The translations under genes and the position numbers were made by a program. A stretch of DNA of 32,112 bases from an uncultured virus (IMG/VR IMGVR_UViG_3300044727_000045) (taxonomy: Duplodnaviria; Heunggongvirae; Uroviricota; Caudoviricetes), in the IMG/VR virus record IMGVR_UViG_3300044727_000045; one strand, 5' to 3'. The notes under the pieces are model-generated. The model was given only the letters and a program-made list of their open reading frames with translations. It searched no databases and was not told the DNA's origin. Of the stretch, positions 9,601-17,506 are shown piece by piece; within the stretch, counting starts at the first letter, position 1, and every line of letters begins with the position of its first letter.

Positions 9601-9984
9601 GTGGCAAACGAAGAGTTAGAACAAGAAGCGCGTGATTTTATCAACAAGTACCAGTCTGCCAGTGAGGAAGACTTGGCTTATCTGGCAGGTTTGCTAGAGT
9701 CTTCCAAGGGTGACTTTGACAAAGGACATATGGCCGTCATATGGCCTGATGGTCGGACTGATACCGATGTATGGGATTTGATGGAGAATCTGCAGGAAAG
9801 GTTTGGTCCACTCGTCCATACAAGCGGGCCAGATATTTGGTGGTCTCCACTCATAGGTGAAGGCGGAAATGGTGACGGATTGTACCAGCGACTCCTCCCA
9901 TACTTCAAGACCCAAAAGCATCTGGCTTATATACAAGGTGACAAACCTCGTCAACGGAAAAAGGTACGTAGGACAGACCACTAG
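9601..9984 (+). CDS. Degenerate single-motif LAGLIDADG-like protein
   Basis: DLAYLAGLLESSKG.F, LQERFG, LLPYF..K. Confidence 0.55.
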   Translation: MANEELEQEARDFINKYQSASEEDLAYLAGLLESSKGDFDKGHMAVIWPDGRTDTDVWDLMENLQERFGPLVHTSGPDIWWSPLIGEGGNGDGLYQRLLPYFKTQKHLAYIQGDKPRQRKKVRRTDH

Positions 9985-10471
9985 AGTCAAGGTACGTTGG
10001 CGACAGCATTGCCAGTTTGGTACGACTCCTCTAGCTTATGCGATCCGAAAGTACGGTGTTGACAACTTCAGGTTTGAAATTGTCTTGCAGGTAGAGGACC
10101 AACAGTCTGCCAATTTGGTAGAAGCTAGGCTTATTCGTAAGCTAGGCACCATGACACCACATGGATATAACGTCTGCGAAGGTGGGGGTGTGGGAGCGTG
10201 GACCCGAAATGCTCCGCGTGGGGATGACCATTGGACCAGACGTTATCCAGACAGAAGACTGTATGGTACCAAGAATGGATACCATAAACTTACTCCCACA
10301 CAGGTGCGCGTGATACGCTTCTTATATCATACGCGCAACTACGCTGGACTATACTGGTCACAGCCGCGCCTGGCTCGTAGATATAGCGTGCATCAGGCTA
10401 CCATTAGCGATATAGTGCGGGGGAACTCTTGGGAAATGCGGATTGCAAGTGGACGGGGTGGAGGGGTATAG
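9869..10471 (+). CDS. GIY-YIG homing endonuclease with HTH, ending in a copy of the 9027-9593 C-terminus
   Basis: IYKVTNLVNGKRYVGQT..RWRQH..AIRKYG..F..VEARLIR..GYN; HTH LARRYSVHQATISDIVRGNSW; start 9857 or 9869. Confidence 0.9.
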   Translation: MVTDCTSDSSHTSRPKSIWLIYKVTNLVNGKRYVGQTTRVKVRWRQHCQFGTTPLAYAIRKYGVDNFRFEIVLQVEDQQSANLVEARLIRKLGTMTPHGYNVCEGGGVGAWTRNAPRGDDHWTRRYPDRRLYGTKNGYHKLTPTQVRVIRFLYHTRNYAGLYWSQPRLARRYSVHQATISDIVRGNSWEMRIASGRGGGV

Positions 10472-10507
10472 TGGGGTAGGTAGCAATTTAGTACGCTATC
10501 GAACAAT

Positions 10508-11074
10508 GTGAGAGTACTGGTAGCGTGTGAGTACAGCGGCCGTGTTCGAGATGCCTTCGCAAAGCGAGGGCATTTTGCTGTGTCCTGCGATTTGCTAAGG
10601 AGTGAAGCAAAGCCAGGATACCACTACCAGGGGGATGTAAGAGACATACTGTATGATGGGTGGGATCTCATGGTTGCACACCCCCCATGTACGTATCTCG
10701 CGATAGCTGGTGCTATATGGTTTCGTACGCCCGAGCGACAACGAGAACAACGTAAGGCGCTCGACTTCGTTCGATTGCTGCTCGATGCCCCTATACACCG
10801 TATAGCGATAGAGAATCCTGTTGGCGTCATCAGTACACGCATCAGGTTACCTGACCAGATGATTCACCCCTGGCAATATGGGCATACTGAGAAAAAGAAG
10901 ACACACCTTTGGCTCAAGAACCTGCCCCTGTTGAAACCTACCAAGTATATCCCACATAGACTACATACTAGACATTTGGACAATGTGAACAATGTTAATC
11001 GTGGCAAGATACGTAGTCTCACTTTCCAGGGTATAGCGGACGCTATGGCAGAGCAATGGGGCGTGCTGTGGTAA
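10508..11074 (+). CDS. Short phage DNA cytosine-C5 methyltransferase-like protein
   Basis: RVLVACEYSG, SCDL, WDLMVAHPPCTYL (PC motif IV), IENPV, RSLTFQGIADAMAEQWG. Confidence 0.8.
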   Translation: MRVLVACEYSGRVRDAFAKRGHFAVSCDLLRSEAKPGYHYQGDVRDILYDGWDLMVAHPPCTYLAIAGAIWFRTPERQREQRKALDFVRLLLDAPIHRIAIENPVGVISTRIRLPDQMIHPWQYGHTEKKKTHLWLKNLPLLKPTKYIPHRLHTRHLDNVNNVNRGKIRSLTFQGIADAMAEQWGVLW

Positions 11075-11616
11075 GACTAACTGGAGACCAGGGAACCGAT
11101 GAGTACAAGCTGTTAGCTAAATCTGGTTATGTACTGCCGCACGATGGCAATTCCACTACGTGTAAAGTCTGTAGTAGACCGTGCTTCATCCTACTCACAC
11201 ATTATCAGGGTGTCAAGGTTAGGCCCCGCCGATGCCTTGGGTGTGTAATCAAGTTTCCACCGGAAGGGGTGTTTCTTTCTTACAATGACTACACTAAACG
11301 ACGTCCCTGGCTTGCCCGCCGGAAGCGTTACCACCAATGGGGCCTCATGGCCCAAACCGTTAGAGAAGACGTGTGGACCTGCGTGCATTGCAAGTCCACT
11401 CTACATTCTCCTAAACTTGGAATCCCATCGTCCCATGGATGCCCTCAAGGCGTTGCCCAACGTATTAAGAGAGCATTCTGGGCACACAACCGTGTACCTA
11501 GTGTTAAGTGTCCCCTCTGTGATGGAGGAGCGTCTCTTCTTCGAGCTCCACGGGTTTTGGAAGACCGGCCTACTTCAAAGTTCTTTCCATGGACTTGTCG
11601 ATCCTGTTTTGGCTGA
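11056..11616 (+). CDS. Multi-Zn-ribbon protein
   Basis: Five CxxC motifs (CKVC, CLGC, CVHC, CPLC, CRSC). Confidence 0.6.
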   Translation: MGRAVVRLTGDQGTDEYKLLAKSGYVLPHDGNSTTCKVCSRPCFILLTHYQGVKVRPRRCLGCVIKFPPEGVFLSYNDYTKRRPWLARRKRYHQWGLMAQTVREDVWTCVHCKSTLHSPKLGIPSSHGCPQGVAQRIKRAFWAHNRVPSVKCPLCDGGASLLRAPRVLEDRPTSKFFPWTCRSCFG

Positions 11617-11626
11617 GAAGGAAGCC

Positions 11627-11968
11627 ATGGAGAAAGTTGCGCGCTGCGAGACTGCTATTGGCGGTACACAGTGCTATCTGCTCAAGCACGGGGACGACAC
11701 CCCACACCGATCCATTACTTCAGGCGTAGCTTGGACAACGGAAAAGATAGACAAGGTGTTGGACAATGGTATGGGTACGGAAAGGCACGCGCCGGGCGTG
11801 GTCCGCAACAAAAGAAAACGAGCTACGCCGAATAGGCGAAGAGATTCCGTACAAACTGGTAGCGATACGCAGCAGCCAGAGCAGGTCGATTCTGGACAAC
11901 GTGTGGATAGGATCCAAGCTCTACGCATTCCAGGTGAAACGTACAGACTCCCTCACTGGTTTCAGTAG
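11627..11968 (+). CDS. Hypothetical C2H2-type protein (frame is open from 11285)
   Basis: SD GAAGGA before ATG 11627; C-x8-C-x4-H-x5-H..W. Confidence 0.5.
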   Translation: MEKVARCETAIGGTQCYLLKHGDDTPHRSITSGVAWTTEKIDKVLDNGMGTERHAPGVVRNKRKRATPNRRRDSVQTGSDTQQPEQVDSGQRVDRIQALRIPGETYRLPHWFQ

Positions 11969-12155
11969 TGTACGTAGTATACTGCGCGGCATAAAGGATG
12001 TTGTGACGATCTATGACAGCGTCGCAATATGTGCTGTGTACCATAGGCGTACAACAACGGGCCGCAGAGGTAAATATCTCTACTGGCGTATCTTCATGTA
12101 TGAGGAAGATTACCAGAAGTTGAGGCGATGGGCAGGTGTCCTGGCGAATCAGTAG
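11766..12155 (+). CDS. Hjc-like PD-(D/E)XK nuclease/resolvase
   Basis: KENEL...RSSQS...D........QVK pattern; SD AAGGT. Confidence 0.55.
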   Translation: MVWVRKGTRRAWSATKENELRRIGEEIPYKLVAIRSSQSRSILDNVWIGSKLYAFQVKRTDSLTGFSSVRSILRGIKDVVTIYDSVAICAVYHRRTTTGRRGKYLYWRIFMYEEDYQKLRRWAGVLANQ

Positions 12156-12561
12156 CTGCTTCGATTGCAGGTTACTGAGGGAGCGTGCAAGGGGATACTA
12201 CTGCCTCGGTTACAACGTACCGCTGACTTACGACGTTGCCCGCACGGTCAACGACTGCCAACTAAAGATACCGTTTGAGGAGCACAAATCTGGCCGCGAC
12301 AAATCGTTAGATGATTTATACGATAAGTGCTGTCACTACTCATCTCTAGTACTCGGTCCCTTTACCGCGAAGGAATTGGTGTTGGAGACTCAGTTCCAAA
12401 ACAAGAACAGTCTGTGGCAGATGCTAGAGGACCTTGTCAAGCAAGGCAGACTGAGTAAGGGAACGATGCGCGTAGCCAATAGATACGGCCATACTTACCG
12501 TTCCAACGTATACTTCCCGGTTTGGCCTGCAAGACAGTCTGGCTGGTATACTGTGGGGTAA
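12136..12561 (+). CDS. Cys-cluster plus winged-HTH DNA-binding protein
   Basis: CFDC..C..C, then FTAKELV......SLWQMLEDLVKQGRL...VYF. Confidence 0.55.
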   Translation: MSWRISSCFDCRLLRERARGYYCLGYNVPLTYDVARTVNDCQLKIPFEEHKSGRDKSLDDLYDKCCHYSSLVLGPFTAKELVLETQFQNKNSLWQMLEDLVKQGRLSKGTMRVANRYGHTYRSNVYFPVWPARQSGWYTVG

Positions 12562-12572
12562 GGCAAAAGGCT

Positions 12573-13724
12573 ATGACGTTGAGAACTACACCGAAGGTCT
12601 GGCATTTCCCAGCGCAAACGGTGAACGATTACTACGCTGACATCTGTAGAATTCTGATGCAGCAAGGTACCGAGACTTCACCAAGGGGGGAGAAGACCAA
12701 AGAGTTACACCCTACTACGGCTCTTATTGAGGAGCCACGCAAGCGTCTGATGAGCTGCATGGGCAGAGTTCTTAATCTGCCGTTTGCCTTGGCCGAGGCT
12801 ATACACATTATCACAGGCCAGAACGATGCACAGGCTATGGCATACTACAGCAGCAACATCATTGCCATGCAGGGGGATGGACCTCGTGGCATTCCAGGCT
12901 GGGAGAAGAAGGTAGCTACTTTCAATGCTGCGTATGGCGAGAGAATGCGCGGGTTTATGGTTGGCACACAACGTGTTGACCAGCTTGAGCATGTAATCCA
13001 AACCCTGAAACATGACCCTGACAGCAGACAAGCTAGTATAGTCATTAGCCACCCTTACTCGGACAACTTCCGGTTCACGACAAATGACAAGGCTTGCAAC
13101 GTCTACGCGCATGCCATGATTCGGGGTGGCAAGCTAGACTGGATGCAGGTAATTCGTAGCAACGATGCAGTCTGGGGTATTCCGTACAACGTTGTTCAGT
13201 GGTCGCACGTGCAGGAGTGGGTGGCTGCGGCGCTAGGTGTGCCGATGGGCCATATGTTCATCGTACAGGATAGCTTCCATGTGTACGAACGGCATTACCG
13301 GGAGTGTGAAGAAGTAAAGCTGTTCGACCTGTACGAATATCTGGAGCAGCCCCCTATTCCCATGATTGCGAGTGAGGAGATTTCTCACAAGCTAGCTCTG
13401 GCTGAGAGAGACATCAGGCACAACGTTATCTACAACGAAAGAGTGTTAAGAGAGCTGGAAGCAGAAATTGGTCCGTACTGGCGGGCTGTGATTGCTACGT
13501 TGCAGGCGTTTCGGGAATTCAAGTCTGGTGCCGACGACGTAGCCCTTGAGATGTTGCCAGAGTATTCAGAGTTCAGGGCGCCGATGCTGCGTCAGTTCTG
13601 TTACTACCGCTGGAACAAAGACAAGTCGAAGTACGCTAACCAGATCCAGCTGGCATATCTAGAACTGGCATCTTATGGAGTATCTTATGAGGAGGTACGC
13701 AAGTGGCTAGGGAAAGCAGAGTAG
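12573..13724 (+). CDS. Thymidylate synthase-family enzyme, probably dUMP hydroxymethylase, with C-terminal extension
   Basis: SPRG..TKE, AYGERMR, DQL..V...LK.DPDSRQA, DKAC (catalytic Cys), RSND..WG.PYN, SFHVY. Confidence 0.8.
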   Translation: MTLRTTPKVWHFPAQTVNDYYADICRILMQQGTETSPRGEKTKELHPTTALIEEPRKRLMSCMGRVLNLPFALAEAIHIITGQNDAQAMAYYSSNIIAMQGDGPRGIPGWEKKVATFNAAYGERMRGFMVGTQRVDQLEHVIQTLKHDPDSRQASIVISHPYSDNFRFTTNDKACNVYAHAMIRGGKLDWMQVIRSNDAVWGIPYNVVQWSHVQEWVAAALGVPMGHMFIVQDSFHVYERHYRECEEVKLFDLYEYLEQPPIPMIASEEISHKLALAERDIRHNVIYNERVLRELEAEIGPYWRAVIATLQAFREFKSGADDVALEMLPEYSEFRAPMLRQFCYYRWNKDKSKYANQIQLAYLELASYGVSYEEVRKWLGKAE

Positions 13725-13942
13725 CTACCTTTGTAGAATTGCTCAAGCAGGCGTGTGAGAGCAACGATGTGCGGGCAATTATCGAAGCTATGCGCATCTG
13801 TGGTTACATCAACGAAATACAGTATTCGGCACTGAATACTGAATGGAGCCAGAGGCAACCTTCAGGTATGGTGCGTAGTGATGGGGCTGAGACTATTGAA
13901 CTGTCTCGTGACCCAGAAGAGATTCTACCTAGTCAATACTAA
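13703..13942 (+). CDS. Hypothetical protein
   Basis: GTG with SD GAGGAGGT. Confidence 0.55.
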   Translation: MARESRVATFVELLKQACESNDVRAIIEAMRICGYINEIQYSALNTEWSQRQPSGMVRSDGAETIELSRDPEEILPSQY

Positions 13943-13961
13943 TCCATTGCAAACTGCCACC

Positions 13962-14020
13962 TTGCAAATGGGAGCCCCCCTGCCATATACTGCCTTTGTG
14001 CGGCAAAAAAGTGCCGCCGC
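13962..14020 (+). promoter_or_regulatory. Repeat-class promoter plus 5' hairpin
   Basis: TTGCAA-N18-TATACT, then GCGGCA..TGCCGC hairpin. Confidence 0.7.
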
Positions 14021-14032
14021 TAGGGAGTAGAA

Positions 14033-14515
14033 ATGGTAGTCGTTCGCAAGAAGAGGCGCGTCGAGGTAGATGACGAGCCAGAGCAGGCGGAGCCAAGCAA
14101 CGGAAAGATTGTTGTCTTGCGCACCATCCGTCGGGGTGATGTTCCCAAGGGGCGTTATCCAGGCCCGCGCAACCCGGAGTATGACCGTCTGGTGCGCAGG
14201 CTGATTCGGCTTGAGACCATGGACAAGGCAGTGGTCATTCCGGTGGCAAGTAAGACCGAGAAGGTCAAATTGCGCGAGGCCGTGCGCAAGCCGTTGAAGG
14301 TGCGCGGGTATGACCTGACCGCTGTCACCGACTACGATGACGAGGTTGGCGAAGTGCTCATGCTGTTTGCCACCAAGCGCATGGAAGAGGAGCCCCCGGA
14401 GGACGAAGAGGAGCCGGAGGTTGAAGAAGACGAAGAGGTTGAGGCTGATGATGACGAGGAGGAGGAGGAAACTGCTCCCGTTGTGGTGCGCCGGAAGAAG
14501 GTACGTCGTGGCTAG
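14033..14515 (+). CDS. Protein with basic core, acidic tract and VVVR(R/K)K termini
   Basis: SD GGGAG; D/E tract near the C-terminus. Confidence 0.75.
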   Translation: MVVVRKKRRVEVDDEPEQAEPSNGKIVVLRTIRRGDVPKGRYPGPRNPEYDRLVRRLIRLETMDKAVVIPVASKTEKVKLREAVRKPLKVRGYDLTAVTDYDDEVGEVLMLFATKRMEEEPPEDEEEPEVEEDEEVEADDDEEEEETAPVVVRRKKVRRG

Positions 14516-14517
14516 CC

Positions 14518-14865
14518 GTGCTTACGGTAGTCTCAGCAACTCCACATCATCACGATAAGGCGGTACTTGAGGCCTGGCTCAAGGAAGACGTAAGTCTCTA
14601 TCCGCTATCAACCATATCTCGGCGGGCGTTGACCCGTGACTATATACTAGACGTTACCGCCGAGATACGCACCAGTGTGGAACGAATCTGGGCAGGAAGC
14701 CGTGTGTTCTTCCTGGTGACTGGACATGCCTACTTCAACGTGGTGGCTGTTCAGGCATTGCGCCAGAGACTCAACCATCCGTTTGTGATACTCGTGTACA
14801 ACGAGAACGGAGGGTTCGAGCCGTTCCCTACCAACTTCGTGTTTGACGCCCCTCTAAGCGTCTAA
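14518..14865 (+). CDS. Hypothetical alpha/beta protein
   Basis: GTG 2 nt after the upstream stop. Confidence 0.6.
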   Translation: MLTVVSATPHHHDKAVLEAWLKEDVSLYPLSTISRRALTRDYILDVTAEIRTSVERIWAGSRVFFLVTGHAYFNVVAVQALRQRLNHPFVILVYNENGGFEPFPTNFVFDAPLSV

Positions 14866-14870
14866 CGGGG

Positions 14871-14926
14871 TTGCCGCCAGGACAATTTAGCTGGCATACT
14901 GTTTTTGTTGGCCCCAAACGGGGGCC
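14871..14926 (+). promoter_or_regulatory. Repeat-class promoter plus hairpin
   Basis: TTGCCG-N18-CATACT; GGACAATTT box; GGCCCC..GGGGCC hairpin. Confidence 0.7.
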
Positions 14927-14954
14927 GCGTACATGAACAAGAGAATAGGAGAAT

Positions 14955-15257
14955 GTGTTGCAGATAGGTAGCAAACCAGGCCAGAGGGCGTTCCAAGCCA
15001 AGCAGGGAGGGGATACGTACTTAGTGCTGAGCCAGAGCGACCGTATGCTATACTTGTACACAACGGTGGAGACGCTGCTGTGTCCGGGTATTACCGTGTT
15101 CGAAGAGTACGCGGACAGGCCGTATTTCTGGTCCGAAGATAGTGGTATGATGAGCATCCTTTCCGAAGTCTGCCACAGTAGTTTCGAGCACATTAGCGAC
15201 AGGGAGGATGCGGATATGGTGCTCGAGGGTATGGAGGAGTTCCTAGAGAAGTTGTAG
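14955..15257 (+). CDS. Hypothetical protein
   Basis: SD AGGAG. Confidence 0.6.
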   Translation: MLQIGSKPGQRAFQAKQGGDTYLVLSQSDRMLYLYTTVETLLCPGITVFEEYADRPYFWSEDSGMMSILSEVCHSSFEHISDREDADMVLEGMEEFLEKL

Positions 15258-15640
15258 TGTGGGCCGAGGCAGGGATACTGTTACTTATCGCGGTCGTCTG
15301 GTATGTTTCGAATGCTAGACGAACCCCCAAGAACCACGATCTGCCAGTGTGTCGGCGAGTATCATGGGCTCCACGGCCCCTTGCCAAGGGGAAACCCAGG
15401 CTGGTAAACTGTAGTGTGGCAACCAAGCACGTCCCCATGTACAAGCGTAGCGCCGCACTGCGTACAAGAGCGCAGGTATTAGCTACGTCAGTGGCAGAGG
15501 GAAAGAAGGTGATAGCCGCACACACGGAGTTTGAGAAGTTGGGGGCGTGTGCGCTCGACTGCAAGTTACGCACTGTTATCGCTGGTGTGGTGCGTGACCG
15601 CAAAGAGCTGAAAACGTTGGAATATGACCAGCCTTTCTAA
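15257..15640 (+). CDS. Membrane-anchored basic protein
   Basis: N-terminal hydrophobic stretch; TAGTG coupling. Confidence 0.5.
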   Translation: MWAEAGILLLIAVVWYVSNARRTPKNHDLPVCRRVSWAPRPLAKGKPRLVNCSVATKHVPMYKRSAALRTRAQVLATSVAEGKKVIAAHTEFEKLGACALDCKLRTVIAGVVRDRKELKTLEYDQPF

Positions 15641-15657
15641 GGAGAAATAGCGGGCTA

Positions 15658-16656
15658 ATGGCCGAAGCAAAGAGCAAGAGCAAGACAACTGTGGTTTGCA
15701 CGCTGTGTGACAAGCCGATTACGACGGGCAAGCCAGTGATGATTGACGACGACCCCTTCCACAGCGACTGCGCCAAGGCAATGGAGCAGAGCTCGGGTGC
15801 CACCGAGGAGACTGAGGAAGACGAAGAGGAGGATGAGGAGACCGAGGACACCGATGGCGAGGACGAAGGCGACGAAGATGAGGAGGACGAGGAGGAGGAC
15901 GAGGAGCCTGCCCCTGCCCCCAAGGTCGTTGCAAAAGCCCCCGCGAAGGCAGTCAAGCGCGCCCCCGTCGTGATCGAGGACGATGACGAAGACGACGAGG
16001 ACGAGGACGAGGACGACGAGGATGAGGACGACGAGGAAGAGGAAGAGGTTGTCGTCACCCGCCCCGCCGCCAAGAAAGCGCCTGCCAAGGCCGCAGTGAA
16101 GGCCCCTGTCGTTGTGGATGACGACGAGGATGAGGACGACGAGGACGAGGAAGAGGAAGAGGAAGAGGAAGAGGTGGTGGTGCGCAAGCCCGTCGCCAAG
16201 GCCGCTGCCAAGACCAAGGCCACCGTCGCCAAGCGTGCGGCTGCGGACTACGATGAGGAGGACGAGCCAGAGGCGCGCCCAACCAAGGCGAAGGCCAACG
16301 GTGTCGCCAAGAAGCCAGCGGCTCCCAAGGTGGACAACAGTGGATGGGGTAATCCCGCCACCGAGGGCAGCAAGCGGTACTTCACGTATCAGGCCCTGAA
16401 GGAAGTGACCAAGGACGACCTGGCGCAGGCCGATGGTGCGGGTAAGCCCGAGAAGGTGGTTGCTCGTGCGAAGCGGCTGCACCGAGATTGGGCCAAGGCG
16501 ACCAAGACCACGCTGTCGGAGAAGGACCAGAACTACACCAGCATGAATATCGGGTGGATTTACAACCACGCCGACGAGCTGGGTCTGGCGATGCGCCGCA
16601 ATGAGGAGGCGGGAACGTACCGCATTCTCAAGGCCAAGGCCGCCGATAGCGACTAG
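15658..16656 (+). CDS. Zn-finger plus alternating acidic and PAKK-type repeats plus globular C-domain
   Basis: CTLC..HSDC; three long D/E tracts; AKAPAK linkers; SD AAGGAG; GC3-rich codons. Confidence 0.85.
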   Translation: MAEAKSKSKTTVVCTLCDKPITTGKPVMIDDDPFHSDCAKAMEQSSGATEETEEDEEEDEETEDTDGEDEGDEDEEDEEEDEEPAPAPKVVAKAPAKAVKRAPVVIEDDDEDDEDEDEDDEDEDDEEEEEVVVTRPAAKKAPAKAAVKAPVVVDDDEDEDDEDEEEEEEEEEVVVRKPVAKAAAKTKATVAKRAAADYDEEDEPEARPTKAKANGVAKKPAAPKVDNSGWGNPATEGSKRYFTYQALKEVTKDDLAQADGAGKPEKVVARAKRLHRDWAKATKTTLSEKDQNYTSMNIGWIYNHADELGLAMRRNEEAGTYRILKAKAADSD

Positions 16657-16664
16657 GAGGGACG

Positions 16665-16700
16665 GAGGTGGGGGACAGCACCCCCACCTCTACTTCTCTT
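16665..16700 (+). terminator. Probable intrinsic terminator
   Basis: GAGGTGGGG/CCCCACCTC stem followed by a pyrimidine run. Confidence 0.55.
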
Positions 16701-16805
16701 ATGCGGTTGATTATGTGGCTAGTAGCTCTAGCCGTCTTGGTGTGGGCAGCAGTGACTATGTGGCCGACTATAACTATGTTCCTGAATTATTACGTCAGGT
16801 TCTAG
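16701..16805 (+). CDS. 34-aa membrane peptide
   Basis: MRLIMWLVALAVLVWAAVTMWPTITMFLNYYVRF*; below the ORF-track cutoff. Confidence 0.45.
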   Translation: MRLIMWLVALAVLVWAAVTMWPTITMFLNYYVRF

Positions 16806-16812
16806 CTGCTGC

Positions 16813-16842
16813 TTGCACCAAGACGTCTCAGGGGGGTAAACT
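16813..16842 (+). promoter_or_regulatory. Repeat-class promoter
   Basis: TTGCAC-N18-TAAACT with AGACGTCT. Confidence 0.6.
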
Positions 16843-16852
16843 GTTGTACGGC

Positions 16853-17137
16853 ATGTTTACGTACTTAGGCAAGAGTAAAATGATGCTGGCGGAGGGTAGA
16901 GTACAGAAGCCAGTAGATGCCATACTGTGGCAAGATACACCCCGTGGAGGAGGGACCCAGAGACACTTCCTGGTCAGGCCCAAGAGTCCTAAGCAATACC
17001 ACTTGCGCATCATCGTAGGTACCGTAGTCACTACGGACCGCGACAGCGTCGGCAAGGGTGAGGTATTGCGGGCGGCTAAGCTCATGGGCATAGACGTGGC
17101 TGACTCGCATTGGAGTGAAGTAGACGCACTACTGTAA
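16853..17137 (+). CDS. Hypothetical protein
   Basis: ATG 16853 downstream of the promoter. Confidence 0.55.
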   Translation: MFTYLGKSKMMLAEGRVQKPVDAILWQDTPRGGGTQRHFLVRPKSPKQYHLRIIVGTVVTTDRDSVGKGEVLRAAKLMGIDVADSHWSEVDALL

Positions 17138-17145
17138 GAGGGCAT

Positions 17146-17436
17146 ATGATTGTAGACGTACTCTACCGTGCAGACGACGGCAAGCGTCACGGGTGGAGAA
17201 TCATGGTTCGCAGCAATGCGAAACCATATATTATCACGGTGTGGGGTACACCAGAGTTCTTCGGACTCAATAACGAGCGGGCAATAACCGAGGCGCTGTG
17301 CAGGAACAGGCCAACGTGCGCCCGCGTTATAGTGATAATATGGTCCAAGTTTATGAAAGAACGGAGGATACTGGTCGGCGAATGCCAGCACACACAGAAA
17401 CACAAACGTGCTATACTGAACACAGCAGCGGTGTAA
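17146..17436 (+). CDS. Hypothetical protein
   Basis: SD GAGGG; C..C..CQH residues. Confidence 0.55.
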   Translation: MIVDVLYRADDGKRHGWRIMVRSNAKPYIITVWGTPEFFGLNNERAITEALCRNRPTCARVIVIIWSKFMKERRILVGECQHTQKHKRAILNTAAV

Positions 17437-17462
17437 TCTTGCCGACCATCGCTGTATTAGAG

Positions 17463-17505
17463 AAGGTCCGCTCCCTCTATGCCCTCTTGGGAGCGGGCCT
17501 TTTTC
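17463..17505 (+). terminator. Intrinsic terminator
   Basis: AAGGTCCGCTCCC/GGGAGCGGGCCTT stem plus T run. Confidence 0.7.
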
Positions 17506-17506
17506 T

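Larger units (their letters stand above)
9554..10471 (+). mobile_element. Putative endonuclease cassette insertion bounded by a duplicated gene 3' end
   Basis: 9555-9593 encodes EMRISQGRGGGV* and 10433-10471 encodes EMRIASGRGGGV*; both share GGAAATGCG. Confidence 0.6.

Noticed and set aside
12573..13724. Ordinary ThyA or dCMP hydroxymethylase
   Set aside because: RSND and the divergent N-terminus argue against canonical ThyA, and Asn at the specificity position argues against dCMP; not fully excluded
15576..16569. Long minus-strand poly-Ser and Leu/Val ORFs
   Set aside because: Antisense shadows of the GAG/GAC-rich acidic gene
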